From NCBI GenBank assembly GCA_048594975.1, contig JBMDXQ010000067.1:67374-131373 (forward strand): 64,000 nucleotides of DNA, in the 5' to 3' direction. Shown piece after piece: positions 25,582 to 34,346 of the stretch. Under the pieces are notes generated by a model. It made no database searches. It saw nothing but the letters and a program-made list of their open reading frames with translations, and was not told where the DNA came from. This DNA is from Vicinamibacterales bacterium (GTDB lineage Bacteria; Acidobacteriota; Vicinamibacteria; Vicinamibacterales; 2-12-FULL-66-21). The translations under genes and the position numbers were made by a program. Position 1 is the first letter of the stretch. Each line of letters starts with the position of its first letter.

Positions 25582-27984
25582 CTACTCCGCGCGCAGCGCC
25601 TCCACCGGATCGACGCGGGTCGCGCGGCGCGCCGGCAGCACGCAGGCCAGCGTCGCCACCGCGACGAGAATCGCCGCCGTCGACCCCAGCGTCACCGGAT
25701 CCCACGGCGCGACGCGAAACAGCAGCGTCGCCAGCGTCCTCGCCACGAGCAGCGATCCCGCGACGCCGAGCACGACCCCCGCCGCCGTGATCGTCAATCC
25801 GTCGCGCAGGATCAGCCGGAACACCTCGCCGCGCCTTGCGCCGAGCGCGATGCGCACGCCGATCTCGGTGGTCCGCTGCGCGACCGCGTACGCCATCACG
25901 CCGTAGATCCCGATCGCCGCCAGCACGAGCGCGAGCGCCGCCAACCCCGCGCCGAGCAGCGCGAAGAAGCGGGGCTGGGCGATCGAGTCGCTGACCATCG
26001 CCGACAGCGTCGTCACGCCGATGACCGGGACGGTGCGATCGATCGATGCAATCGCCTGCCGCAGCGGTGCGGCGAGCGCTGCCGGGTCGGACCTGGTCTT
26101 CAGGATCGCGAACGTGCCAGGCTCGCTGACCTGCCAGTACGGGAGGAACGTCTCGACGCGCGGGCTCCCGGCGGCGCCGCGGGTCTTCGCGTCCCGGACG
26201 ATGCCGACGATCGTGAGCCACGGCGACCGCTCGTCGAAGCGGATCCGCCTGCCGATCGGATCCTCGCCGGGGAAGTACCTCGAGGCCATCGTCTCGTTGA
26301 CCACGACGGAGGGGGCGGCCTCGCCCGCGGGAAACGTGCGACCCCGCTTCAGCGTCATCCCCATCGCCTCGAAGTAGCCGGCGCTGACCAGCCGGTACCA
26401 GGTCACCGGCGCCTCCGACGGAGTACGCGGCCCGGCGCGGCCCTCGATTCGAAAGTCCGTGTCGTTGTCTCCGCTCAGCGGCAGCACGGAGGCGAGCGCC
26501 GCCTTCTCCACGCCGGGGAGCGCGGCGATGCGCTCGAGTACCTGGTCGTAGAAGGCGCGGCGCCTCTCGGCCGTGTCGTAGGTCGTGCGCGGCGGGTTGA
26601 TGCCGCCCACGAGCACGTTCTGGGGGTCGAAGCCCAGGTCCGCCTGCTGCAGCCGCACGAACGTGCGCAGCAGCAGGCCGCTGCCGGTCAGCAGGACGAG
26701 CGCCAGCGCCACCTCGGCGGCGATGAGGCCGTGGCGGAGCGCGCGCCCGCGCCCGCCGGCGCTGCCCCTCGCCCCCTCCTTCAACGCCTGGGTGAGGTCG
26801 CCGCGCGAGGCCTGCATCGCCGGGGCGATGCCGAACAGGATTCCGGTGATCGTGCTGAGCGCGGCAGCGTAGCCGAACACCGGCCAGGCGAGGCGAATTT
26901 CACCCACCCGCGGCGCGCTCGCCGGCGCGATCGCCACGAGTGCGTCGACCGCCCAGACGGCGAGCAACATGCCGGCGATGCCGCCAATCCACGAGAGGGC
27001 CAGGCTCTCGGTGAGCAGTTGGCGCACGACGCGGCGGCGGCCGGCGCCGAGCGCCGCGCGAATGCCGAGCTCGCGGCTGCGCCCGGAGCCGCGGGCGAGC
27101 ATCAGATTGGCGATGTTCGCGCAGGCAATCAACAGCACGAACGCGACCGCGCCGGCAAGCGCCAGCAGCCCCTTCCGGAAGTCCCCGACGACCCGCTGGT
27201 GCAGCGGTTGGAGCAGGAACCCCACCTTCTCGTTGTACTCGGGGTGCGTGCTCTCGAGCTGGCGGGCGAGCGCGGACGCGGCCGCCTGCGCCTGCTCGAG
27301 CGTCAGACCGTCCCGCACGCGCGCGACCGCGCGCAGCGTAACCGCGCCGCGGTTCGGGTTGGCCGTGTTCAGCTGGCGCGGACGCCAGATCTCCGCGGCG
27401 CTGGCGACGATCGGCCGGAACGACGCCGGCGCGACCCCGATAATCTCGTGCGCCTCGCCGCTGAGCGTGATCCTGCGGCCGACGGCAGCCGGGTCGGCGC
27501 CGAACCGGCGCTTCCACAGGCCCTCGCCGATGATGACGACGCGCGCCGCGCCAGGCACGTCATCCTCCGCTCGGAAATCGCGGCCGGGCGCGGGCCGCAC
27601 CCCGAGTACGCCGAAGTACTCGTGCGACACTCGCTCGCCGAGGAGCGGCTCCGGTTCGGAGTCGCCGAGCAGGGCGGGCCGCCAGTTGGTGATGATCGCC
27701 ACGCCCGCGAACAGGTTCTCCTGGAGGCGCCAGTCGACGTAGTTGCCGGGCGTCGCCCATTCGTCGGCGGGGCCGCCGCGCGCGCGGACGTCCTGCCAGA
27801 CCATCACCAGCCGCTCGGGATTGGCATACGGCAGCGGCGTCAGCAGCAGCGCGTGGACGACGGTGAAGATGGCGACGTTGGCGCCGAGGCCGAGGGCCAG
27901 CGTGAGCACCGCCACGGCGGTGAAACCGGGCAGCCGCGCCAGCATGCGCAGGGCGTACCGGAGATCCTGGGCGAGCGTGGTCAT
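25582..27984 (-). CDS. ADOP-family (duplicated orphan) MacB/FtsX-type ABC permease
   Basis: Begins MTTLAQDLRYALRMLARLPGFTAVAVLTLALGLGANVAIF, the hallmark N-terminus of this family. 800 aa with two FtsX-type TM blocks. ATG 27984 is directly preceded by GAGGGGGAG. The track ORF reaching 28800 is upstream read-through. Confidence 0.85.
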   Translation of the reverse strand: MTTLAQDLRYALRMLARLPGFTAVAVLTLALGLGANVAIFTVVHALLLTPLPYANPERLVMVWQDVRARGGPADEWATPGNYVDWRLQENLFAGVAIITNWRPALLGDSEPEPLLGERVSHEYFGVLGVRPAPGRDFRAEDDVPGAARVVIIGEGLWKRRFGADPAAVGRRITLSGEAHEIIGVAPASFRPIVASAAEIWRPRQLNTANPNRGAVTLRAVARVRDGLTLEQAQAAASALARQLESTHPEYNEKVGFLLQPLHQRVVGDFRKGLLALAGAVAFVLLIACANIANLMLARGSGRSRELGIRAALGAGRRRVVRQLLTESLALSWIGGIAGMLLAVWAVDALVAIAPASAPRVGEIRLAWPVFGYAAALSTITGILFGIAPAMQASRGDLTQALKEGARGSAGGRGRALRHGLIAAEVALALVLLTGSGLLLRTFVRLQQADLGFDPQNVLVGGINPPRTTYDTAERRRAFYDQVLERIAALPGVEKAALASVLPLSGDNDTDFRIEGRAGPRTPSEAPVTWYRLVSAGYFEAMGMTLKRGRTFPAGEAAPSVVVNETMASRYFPGEDPIGRRIRFDERSPWLTIVGIVRDAKTRGAAGSPRVETFLPYWQVSEPGTFAILKTRSDPAALAAPLRQAIASIDRTVPVIGVTTLSAMVSDSIAQPRFFALLGAGLAALALVLAAIGIYGVMAYAVAQRTTEIGVRIALGARRGEVFRLILRDGLTITAAGVVLGVAGSLLVARTLATLLFRVAPWDPVTLGSTAAILVAVATLACVLPARRATRVDPVEALRAE

Positions 27985-28157
27985 CTCCCCCTCGCTAGCC
28001 AGCCGCATGCCCGCGCGGACCGACTCCCCGAGAGCCGGATCGCGCGCGAAAACGTTGACCTGGCTGGAGAGGGTCGAGCGGGGGTTGTTCACAACCGGAC
28101 GACATGCGTCCGCTGCCGGGACGCCGGCCTGGTCGGAGCAGACGGGCGTTGGGCACC

Positions 28158-28233
28158 CCCCTCCCAAAGAGGGGCTGCCTCCTTTGCCGGAAAGGAGGCA
28201 GCCGCTTCTGGCGAGCCTGGCGGCCTTCGCCAG
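28158..28233. promoter_or_regulatory. cluster of three hairpins in the divergent ADOP / liaF-like intergenic region
   Basis: First: CCCCTC-n5-GAGGGG (28158-28174). Second: GGCTGCCTCCTT-n7-AAGGAGGCAGCC, a perfect 12-bp stem (28173-28203). Third: CTGGCGA-n12-TCGCCAG (28208-28233). GCCGGAAAGG recurs at about 28186 and 28271. Confidence 0.4.
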
Positions 28234-28338
28234 CCGGAATCGCCGTTTACCGCCGCGGCGGCGGTATTCGCCGGAAAGGGCGGGAGCCGCCGGAGTCGGC
28301 GACGTATCGTGGAAACGGAAGGACGTGACGTGACCGCT

Positions 28339-28719
28339 ATGGACCAGAGCCAGCCGGTGCCCGGCGGAGGGACCGACCGCCACGTCCTCTTCGGGGTGGC
28401 GCTCGTGGTGCTCGGCGCGCTGATACTCGTGGATCGCCTGGCGATCTTCGACCTGACCCTCAACAACTGGCCGATCGTGATCATCGCCTTGGGGCTGGTC
28501 AAGCTCATCGATCCTTCGTGCTCGCGCCGGGTCGGGCGGTCGCGGCGCCCGGGTGCGTGGCTGCTCTTCATCGGCGGCTGGGGGATCGTGAGCGAGCTCC
28601 ACCTCCTCGGGTGGGAATACCGCACGTCCTGGCCGCTGCTGGTCGTGGGCGCGGGCCTGATGCTCGTGTGGCGGTGGTATGAGGGGCCGGACGCGTGCGA
28701 GCGGCCCCGGGAGCGCTGA
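28339..28719 (+). CDS. small polytopic membrane protein, LiaI/LiaF-TM-like (DUF5668-like)
   Basis: 126 aa with four hydrophobic helices (LFGVALVVLGALILV, WPIVIIALGLVKLI, WLLFIGGWGIVSEL, WPLLVVGAGLMLVW). This is the same helix pattern as the N-terminus of the next gene. Confidence 0.5.
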   Translation: MDQSQPVPGGGTDRHVLFGVALVVLGALILVDRLAIFDLTLNNWPIVIIALGLVKLIDPSCSRRVGRSRRPGAWLLFIGGWGIVSELHLLGWEYRTSWPLLVVGAGLMLVWRWYEGPDACERPRER

Positions 28720-28747
28720 CGTGAACAGGTGTGCCGGACCCCGGTCG

Positions 28748-29419
28748 ATGCCGCAACTGATCCTCGGCCTGATCATCGTGCTCGTCGGCGTGATGTTCAC
28801 GCTCGACTCGCTGGGGATTGCGGACGCCGAGTACTACCTCCGCTACTGGCCCATCGGCGTCATGGCGATCGGCGCCGCGAAGCTCTGGCAGGCGCGGGAC
28901 GGGCACGGCGGCACGTTCGGCGGCGTGCTGCTGCTGGTCATCGGCGGCTGGCTGCTGCTCTCGGAACTGCACCTGCTGCGGGTGAGCTTCTGGGATCTCG
29001 TCTGGCCGATATTGCTGCTGGCGCTGGGCGGTTCGCTCGTCTGGCGGAGCGTGACGAGCCGACGGCTGCCGGTCTCCGACCGCGACGGCAATTCGACGCT
29101 GTCGGCGATTGCCGTGCTGAGCGGCGTCAGCCGCGGCAACAACTCCCGCACGTTTCGCGGGGGCGATCTGACCGCGATCATGGGCGGCTGCGAGATCGAT
29201 CTGCGGCAGGCGGCGATCGACGGCGAGGCGGTGATCGACGTCTTCGCGCTGTGGGGCGGGATCGAGATCCGCGTGCCCGAGGACTGGACGGTGATCGGGA
29301 AGGTGACCCCGTTCATGGGCGGATTCGACGACAGGACGCGTTCGCGGCAGGGCAGCGGCGCGCATCGCCTCGTGATCCGCGGCATGGTGATCATGGGCGG
29401 GGTCGAGGTGAAGCACTAG
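28748..29419 (+). CDS. LiaF-like cell-envelope stress accessory protein
   Basis: The N-terminal TM block has the same type as the previous gene. The C-terminal beta-rich domain reads GDLTAIMGGCEIDLRQA...VFALWGGIEIRVPEDW...RGMVIMGGVEVKH, as in LiaF/DUF2154 proteins. Confidence 0.6.
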   Translation: MPQLILGLIIVLVGVMFTLDSLGIADAEYYLRYWPIGVMAIGAAKLWQARDGHGGTFGGVLLLVIGGWLLLSELHLLRVSFWDLVWPILLLALGGSLVWRSVTSRRLPVSDRDGNSTLSAIAVLSGVSRGNNSRTFRGGDLTAIMGGCEIDLRQAAIDGEAVIDVFALWGGIEIRVPEDWTVIGKVTPFMGGFDDRTRSRQGSGAHRLVIRGMVIMGGVEVKH

Positions 29420-29567
29420 CCCGATGACGACCAGGCCGTTCCGCCAACGCCCGGTCTCCGACTCCCGACGCTCCACGGCCCGGATCCGGGCCAAATGCCT
29501 CGTGTCCGGGAGCCGGGCATCGGATGGCGGGAGTTGTGGCCGGCGCGTCTCGGCGCGCTGCTAGACC

Positions 29568-30656
29568 ATGCATCCGATCCTGGCGCACCGGCGGCGCCTC
29601 GCGCTGTACCTGCTGTTCTGGGCCGCATTCGGCGCGCTGCTCGCGGTGCTGCTGTCGCTGCAGTCGGATCTGCCGCGCTGGGTGGCGGCGCTGGTGGCGC
29701 TGCCGCTCTCGCTGGTGTACGGGAGCGTGTGCCTCTCCGCCTGGTACGTCTCGCGCAGCCTGCCGCTCGCGCGCACCGGCACGATCCGCATCGCCGCCAC
29801 CGCGACGACCTCGGCGTTGGTGACCGGCGCCGCGTGGCTGCTCATCGCGCGCGGCTGGCGGCGCGTGCTGGAATGGCTCGGCGCACTCGATGCCACCGCC
29901 GGCACGGCCGGGACGCAGGTGCTGTTGTTCGGCTTCGGCGTCCTGCTCTACCTGCTCTCGCTGGCGGTCAGCTACCTGCTCGCCGCGTTCGAGCAGTCGC
30001 AGGAGGCGGAGCGGCAGGGCCTGCAGGTGCAGGTCTTCGCCCGCGAGGCGGAGCTGCGGTCGCTGCGTGCGCAGATCGACCCGCATTTCCTGTTCAACAG
30101 CCTGCACTCGATCAGCGCGCTCACCATGATCGATCCGCAGGCGGCGCGGCGCATGTGCGTGCTGCTCGCCGATTTCCTGCGCGAGAGCCTGGCGCTCGGC
30201 GCGGAGGCGCGCATCACCCTCGGCCAGGAGCTGCGCCTCGCCGAGCGCTACCTCGAGGTCGAGCGTGTGCGCTTCGGCGACCGGCTGCAGGTGACGATCG
30301 ACGCGGGCGGTGCCGAGCGCGTCCTGGTGCCGCCGCTGCTGCTGCAGCCGATCGTGGAGAATGCCGTCACCCACGGCATCGCGCACACGCTCGACGGCGG
30401 CACGGTTCGGATTGCGGCGGCGGCGAGCGCCGCGTCGGTGCGCATCACCGTCGAGAACCCGTGCGATCCCGGCCGGCCGAAAGCCACGGGAACGGGTGTG
30501 GGCCTGGCCAACGTGCGCGCGCGGCTGCGCGCCCTGCACGGCGACGAGGCGCGGGTGACGGCGTTCGAAACCGACGGCCGCTGGCGGGTGGAGGTTGCGC
30601 TGCCGGCGGTGGCCGCGGAATCATCGCTGGAGCGGAGCGCAACACCCCATGACTGA
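29568..30656 (+). CDS. LytS/YehU-type sensor histidine kinase (intramembrane-sensing, no large periplasmic domain)
   Basis: Has 4-5 N-terminal TM helices. The His_kinase box reads RAQIDPHFLFNSLHSISAL. The HATPase region reads PLLLQPIVENAVTHGI...GTGVGLANVRARL. Confidence 0.85.
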   Translation: MHPILAHRRRLALYLLFWAAFGALLAVLLSLQSDLPRWVAALVALPLSLVYGSVCLSAWYVSRSLPLARTGTIRIAATATTSALVTGAAWLLIARGWRRVLEWLGALDATAGTAGTQVLLFGFGVLLYLLSLAVSYLLAAFEQSQEAERQGLQVQVFAREAELRSLRAQIDPHFLFNSLHSISALTMIDPQAARRMCVLLADFLRESLALGAEARITLGQELRLAERYLEVERVRFGDRLQVTIDAGGAERVLVPPLLLQPIVENAVTHGIAHTLDGGTVRIAAAASAASVRITVENPCDPGRPKATGTGVGLANVRARLRALHGDEARVTAFETDGRWRVEVALPAVAAESSLERSATPHD

Positions 30657-31404
30657 CACCGGACGGCCGCTGCGCGTGGTGATCGTGGACGACGAGCCGC
30701 TCGCCCGGGCGGTGGTGCGCGAGTACCTCGCCGCCTTTCCCGAGGTCGAGGTGCTGGCGGAGTGCAGCAACGGTTTCGAGGCGGTGAAGGCGGTCGCGGA
30801 GCGCAAGCCGGATCTGATGTTCCTCGACGTGCAGATGCCGAAGTTGAGCGGCTTCGAGGTGCTCGAGCTGGTCGGCGGCGAGGTCGCGGTGGTGTTCACG
30901 ACCGCCTACGATCAGTACGCGCTGCGCGCCTTCGAGGTGCACGCGGTGGACTATCTGCTGAAGCCGTTCAGCGCGGAGCGCTTCGGCCAGGCGCTGGCGC
31001 GGGCCCGCGCGCGCCTCGCGGCGCGCGAGCCGCTGCCGGTCGAGGCGCTGCTCGCCGAGACGCGGCCGAAGCCGGGCACGCCGGCCGAGCGGGTGCTGAT
31101 CCGCGACGGCGCACAGGTGCACGTGCTCGCCGTGGACACGATCGACTACGTCGAGGCGCAGGACGACTACGTCTGTTTCAAGGCGGACGGGAAGCCGTAC
31201 CTGAAGGACCAGACGCTCGCCGCGGTGGAGGCGTCGCTCGACCCGACGCGCTTCGTCCGCATCCACCGCTCCTACCTGTTGAACATCGAGCGCATCGCCC
31301 GTGTGGAGCTGTACGCCAAGGACAGCCGGGTGGCGATCCTGCGCGACGGCACGCGCCTGCCGGTGAGCCGCGCCGGCTACGCGCGGCTGGCGAAGCTGCT
31401 CTAG
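30649..31404 (+). CDS. LytTR-family response regulator
   Basis: The receiver reads RVVIVDDEPLAR...PDLMFLDVQMPKLSGFE. The C-terminal LytTR domain reads HVLAVDTIDYVEAQDDYVCF...FVRIHRSYLLNIERI. The ATG overlaps the kinase stop by 8 nt. Confidence 0.9.
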   Translation: MTDTGRPLRVVIVDDEPLARAVVREYLAAFPEVEVLAECSNGFEAVKAVAERKPDLMFLDVQMPKLSGFEVLELVGGEVAVVFTTAYDQYALRAFEVHAVDYLLKPFSAERFGQALARARARLAAREPLPVEALLAETRPKPGTPAERVLIRDGAQVHVLAVDTIDYVEAQDDYVCFKADGKPYLKDQTLAAVEASLDPTRFVRIHRSYLLNIERIARVELYAKDSRVAILRDGTRLPVSRAGYARLAKLL

Positions 31405-31445
31405 GCGCCGCGCTGCCCCGGCTTGACAGCGGTCCCCGTCCAGTG

Positions 31446-31484
31446 CTAACTACATAGTTAGTTAAACTAACTGACTGGTTAGTT
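31446..31484. promoter_or_regulatory. candidate TetR operator: two adjacent palindromes in an AT-rich island
   Basis: CTAACTA-ca-TAGTTAG spans 31446-31461 and AACTAAC-n6-GTTAGTT spans 31465-31484. Both use the half-site (A)ACTAAC/GTTAGT(T). The site ends 3 nt before the TetR ATG at 31488. Confidence 0.6.
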
Positions 31485-31487
31485 GAG

Positions 31488-32138
31488 ATGCGCCGTTCCC
31501 GACCGGCCGCCGCTGCCCGTCCCGTCGCCGACGATCGGCCCACCCGCGACCGGGTGTTCGCCGCCGCCGCCGCCGAGTTCGCCGCGCACGGCTTCGCCGG
31601 CGCCAACATCGACCGCATCGCCGCCGCCGCCCGGCTCAACAAGGCGATGATCTACTACCACTTCGCCAGCAAGGCCGAGCTCTACGCCGAGATCCTCCGC
31701 GACATGTTCGGCGCCGTGGCGGCGCGCGTGCAGCAGTCGGCCGCCTCGGCCGCCGCCCCGGAGGACAAGGTGCGGCAGTTCGTCCTCGCCATCGCCGCCG
31801 AGGCGGAGGCGCGGCCGCACTTCCCGCCGATCTGGTTCCGCGAGATCGCCGAAGGCGGCGTCCACCTCGACGCCGGCACCCTCCAGCACGTCGCCGCCGT
31901 GGTCGGCACGCTCCGCCGCATCATCGAGGAGGGCGCCCGCGCCGGCCGGTTCCGGCGCATCAACCCGTTCCTCGTCCACGCCGGGATCATCGGGCCGCTG
32001 CTGCTGTTCTTCGCGAGCCAGCGGCTGCGCGCGCGGATGGAGAAGGCGGGCGTGCCGCTCACCGCGCTGAGCCGCGACCAGGTGCTGCGCCACATCCAGG
32101 AGCTCGCGATCGCAACGCTCGAAGGACGGACGTCATGA
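31488..32138 (+). CDS. TetR/AcrR-family transcriptional regulator
   Basis: The HTH region reads RDRVFAAAAAEFAAHGFAGANIDRIAAAARLNKAMIYYHFASKAELY. Confidence 0.9.
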   Translation: MRRSRPAAAARPVADDRPTRDRVFAAAAAEFAAHGFAGANIDRIAAAARLNKAMIYYHFASKAELYAEILRDMFGAVAARVQQSAASAAAPEDKVRQFVLAIAAEAEARPHFPPIWFREIAEGGVHLDAGTLQHVAAVVGTLRRIIEEGARAGRFRRINPFLVHAGIIGPLLLFFASQRLRARMEKAGVPLTALSRDQVLRHIQELAIATLEGRTS

Positions 32139-33211
32139 CCACAGCACGGACCGGGGCCGGGCGAGGACGGCGCGCGGACGGCAAGCGCCCGCCGTGGCGG
32201 CGGCGCCGCTGCGGGACGGCCGCCGTCGTCGCCACCGTCACCCTCGCGCTCGCGGCGCCCGGCTGCGGAGGCGACGGCGAGGACGCACTCCCGCGCGCAT
32301 CGGGCTACGTGGAGGCGACCGAAGTCCGCGTGTCACCGGAGGTGGGGGGCCGGGTCCTCGAGATCGCCGTCGAGGAGGGGCAGCGGATTGCCACCGGGGC
32401 CGTGATCGCGCGGCTCGACACCGCCGACGTCCAGCTCGCGCTGGCGCGCGCGCGCGCCGAGCGCGATCAGGCCACGGCGCAGCTGAAGCTGCTCGAGGCC
32501 GGTGCGCGCGTCGAGGACATCCGCCAGGCGCGTGCGCAGGCGGAGTCGGCGAACGCGGAGGTGGCCGCCGCCGAATCCGAGCTGCAGGCGGCGGCCGCCG
32601 ACCTGCAGCGCTTCGAGCAGCTGCTCAAGGCGAACGCCGGATCGCGGAAGCAGCGCGACGATGCGGCGACCCGCCGCGAGGTCGCGGACGCGCGCGTCGC
32701 GGCGGCGACGGACCGCGCCCGTGCGGCCGCGGAGGCGGTCGCGCGGCTCCGCGCCGGTTCGCGTCCGGACGAGATCGCCGCCGCCCGCGCGCGCGTCGCG
32801 GCGATCGATGCGCAGATCGCGATGCTCGCCAAGGCGGAGCGCGACGCCACGCTGCTCGCGCCGCTCGCCGGCGTGGTCACGTCGAAGCTGGTGGACGCCG
32901 GCGAGATGGTCGCGCCACGCACGCCCATCGTGGTCGTCACCGAGCTGGACAAGGCATGGGCAAACGTTTACGTCGACGAGCCGGTGGTGCCCCGGCTCCG
33001 CCTCGGGCAGAAGGCGACAGTGTTCACCGACGCCGGGCAGCGCCTCGAGGGCACGGTCACCTTCATCTCGCCGAAGGCGGAGTTCACGCCGCGCAACGTG
33101 CAGACGGCGGAGGAACGCGCGAAGCTGGTGTACCGGTTGAAGGTGGCGGTTGACAACCGGGAAGGCATCCTCAAAGTCGGGATGCCCGTCGAAGTGGAGC
33201 TCGGTTCGTGA
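32135..33211 (+). CDS. HlyD-family periplasmic adaptor (YbhG-like)
   Basis: Has a lipoprotein-like N-terminus, a lipoyl-like region (GYVEATEVRVSPEVGGRVLEI), a long Ala/Arg coiled-coil and a beta-barrel C-terminus. The ATGA overlaps the TetR stop. Confidence 0.85.
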   Translation: MTTARTGAGRGRRADGKRPPWRRRRCGTAAVVATVTLALAAPGCGGDGEDALPRASGYVEATEVRVSPEVGGRVLEIAVEEGQRIATGAVIARLDTADVQLALARARAERDQATAQLKLLEAGARVEDIRQARAQAESANAEVAAAESELQAAAADLQRFEQLLKANAGSRKQRDDAATRREVADARVAAATDRARAAAEAVARLRAGSRPDEIAAARARVAAIDAQIAMLAKAERDATLLAPLAGVVTSKLVDAGEMVAPRTPIVVVTELDKAWANVYVDEPVVPRLRLGQKATVFTDAGQRLEGTVTFISPKAEFTPRNVQTAEERAKLVYRLKVAVDNREGILKVGMPVEVELGS

Positions 33212-33392
33212 GCGGACACCAGGCCCGCGCGCGAAGTGCGCGTCGAGCGCGTGGCAGCCGTCAGCCGCCGCGGCGCGCGAATGCGCGACGAGGCAGCGCC
33301 GGGGGGGAGGCCCCCGGCGCACACAGAAAAGTGGGGCATTGAGAGAAGAACGACCCCCGCGTGATTCGCGGGTTCGGGGAGAGCCCTCGTCC

Positions 33393-34313
33393 ATGACGAT
33401 CATCCAGCTCGAGAACGTGACGAAGCGCTACGGCGCGACCACCGCCCTCTCGGGCGTCGCATTCGCGATCGAGCGCGGGGAGATGTTCGGCATCATCGGG
33501 CCGGACGGCGCCGGGAAGACGACCCTGATCCGCGTCCTGTGCGGGCTGCTGCGCGTCGACGGCGGCCGCGTGGACATCATGGGGCGCGACCCGGTGCGCG
33601 ACCACCGGCAGATGACCGACGGCATCGGTTACCTGTCGCAGCGCTTCAGCCTCTACGGCGATCTCTCAGTCGACGAGAACATCGCCTTCTTCGCCGACAT
33701 CCACGGCGTGACCGACTACACGGCCCGGCGCGATCGCCTGCTCGACATGACCCGTCTCGCGCCGTTCCGCGACCGCCGGGCCGATCGGCTGTCAGGGGGG
33801 ATGAAGCAGAAGCTGGCGCTCGCCTGCACGCTCGTGCACGAGCCGGAGATCATCCTGCTCGACGAGCCGACGACCGGGGTGGATCCGGTCTCGCGGCGCG
33901 AGTTCTGGAAGCTGCTGTCGGAGTTCCTCGCTCACGGCCTGACCATCGTCATGGCCACGCCCTACCTCGACGAGGCGGAGCGCTGCTCGCGGATCGCGCT
34001 GCTCAGCGAGGGCCGCGTCCTCGCCGTGGACGTCCCACGGCGGCTGCAGGAGCGGTTCGAAGGGGAGTTGTACGAGGTCGTGGCCGCGCCGCACCGCTCG
34101 GCGTTCGCCGCGCTCGCGGGCGTGGACGGCGTGCTCGACCGACAGACGTTCGGCGAGCGGATGCACGTGCGCGTGCCCGCCGGGCGCGGCGTGGACATCG
34201 CCGCGGCGATGCGCCGCGCGCTCGAGGAGGCGAGCGTGCGGGTGGAGTCGGTCCGCCGGATCGTGCCCTCGCTCGAGGACGTGTTCATCGACCGGGTACG
34301 GAGCGCGCGGTGA
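33393..34313 (+). CDS. ABC transporter ATP-binding protein (ABC-2 type), first of two
   Basis: Walker A is GPDGAGKTTLIRVL, the signature is LSGGMKQKLALACTL, and Walker B is ILLDEPTTGVDP. ATG 33393 is chosen; the track ORF starts upstream in the 181-nt gap. Confidence 0.9.
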   Translation: MTIIQLENVTKRYGATTALSGVAFAIERGEMFGIIGPDGAGKTTLIRVLCGLLRVDGGRVDIMGRDPVRDHRQMTDGIGYLSQRFSLYGDLSVDENIAFFADIHGVTDYTARRDRLLDMTRLAPFRDRRADRLSGGMKQKLALACTLVHEPEIILLDEPTTGVDPVSRREFWKLLSEFLAHGLTIVMATPYLDEAERCSRIALLSEGRVLAVDVPRRLQERFEGELYEVVAAPHRSAFAALAGVDGVLDRQTFGERMHVRVPAGRGVDIAAAMRRALEEASVRVESVRRIVPSLEDVFIDRVRSAR

Positions 34314-34346
34314 GCGCGCGGCAAGGATGCACAGGCGGGTGAAGCC

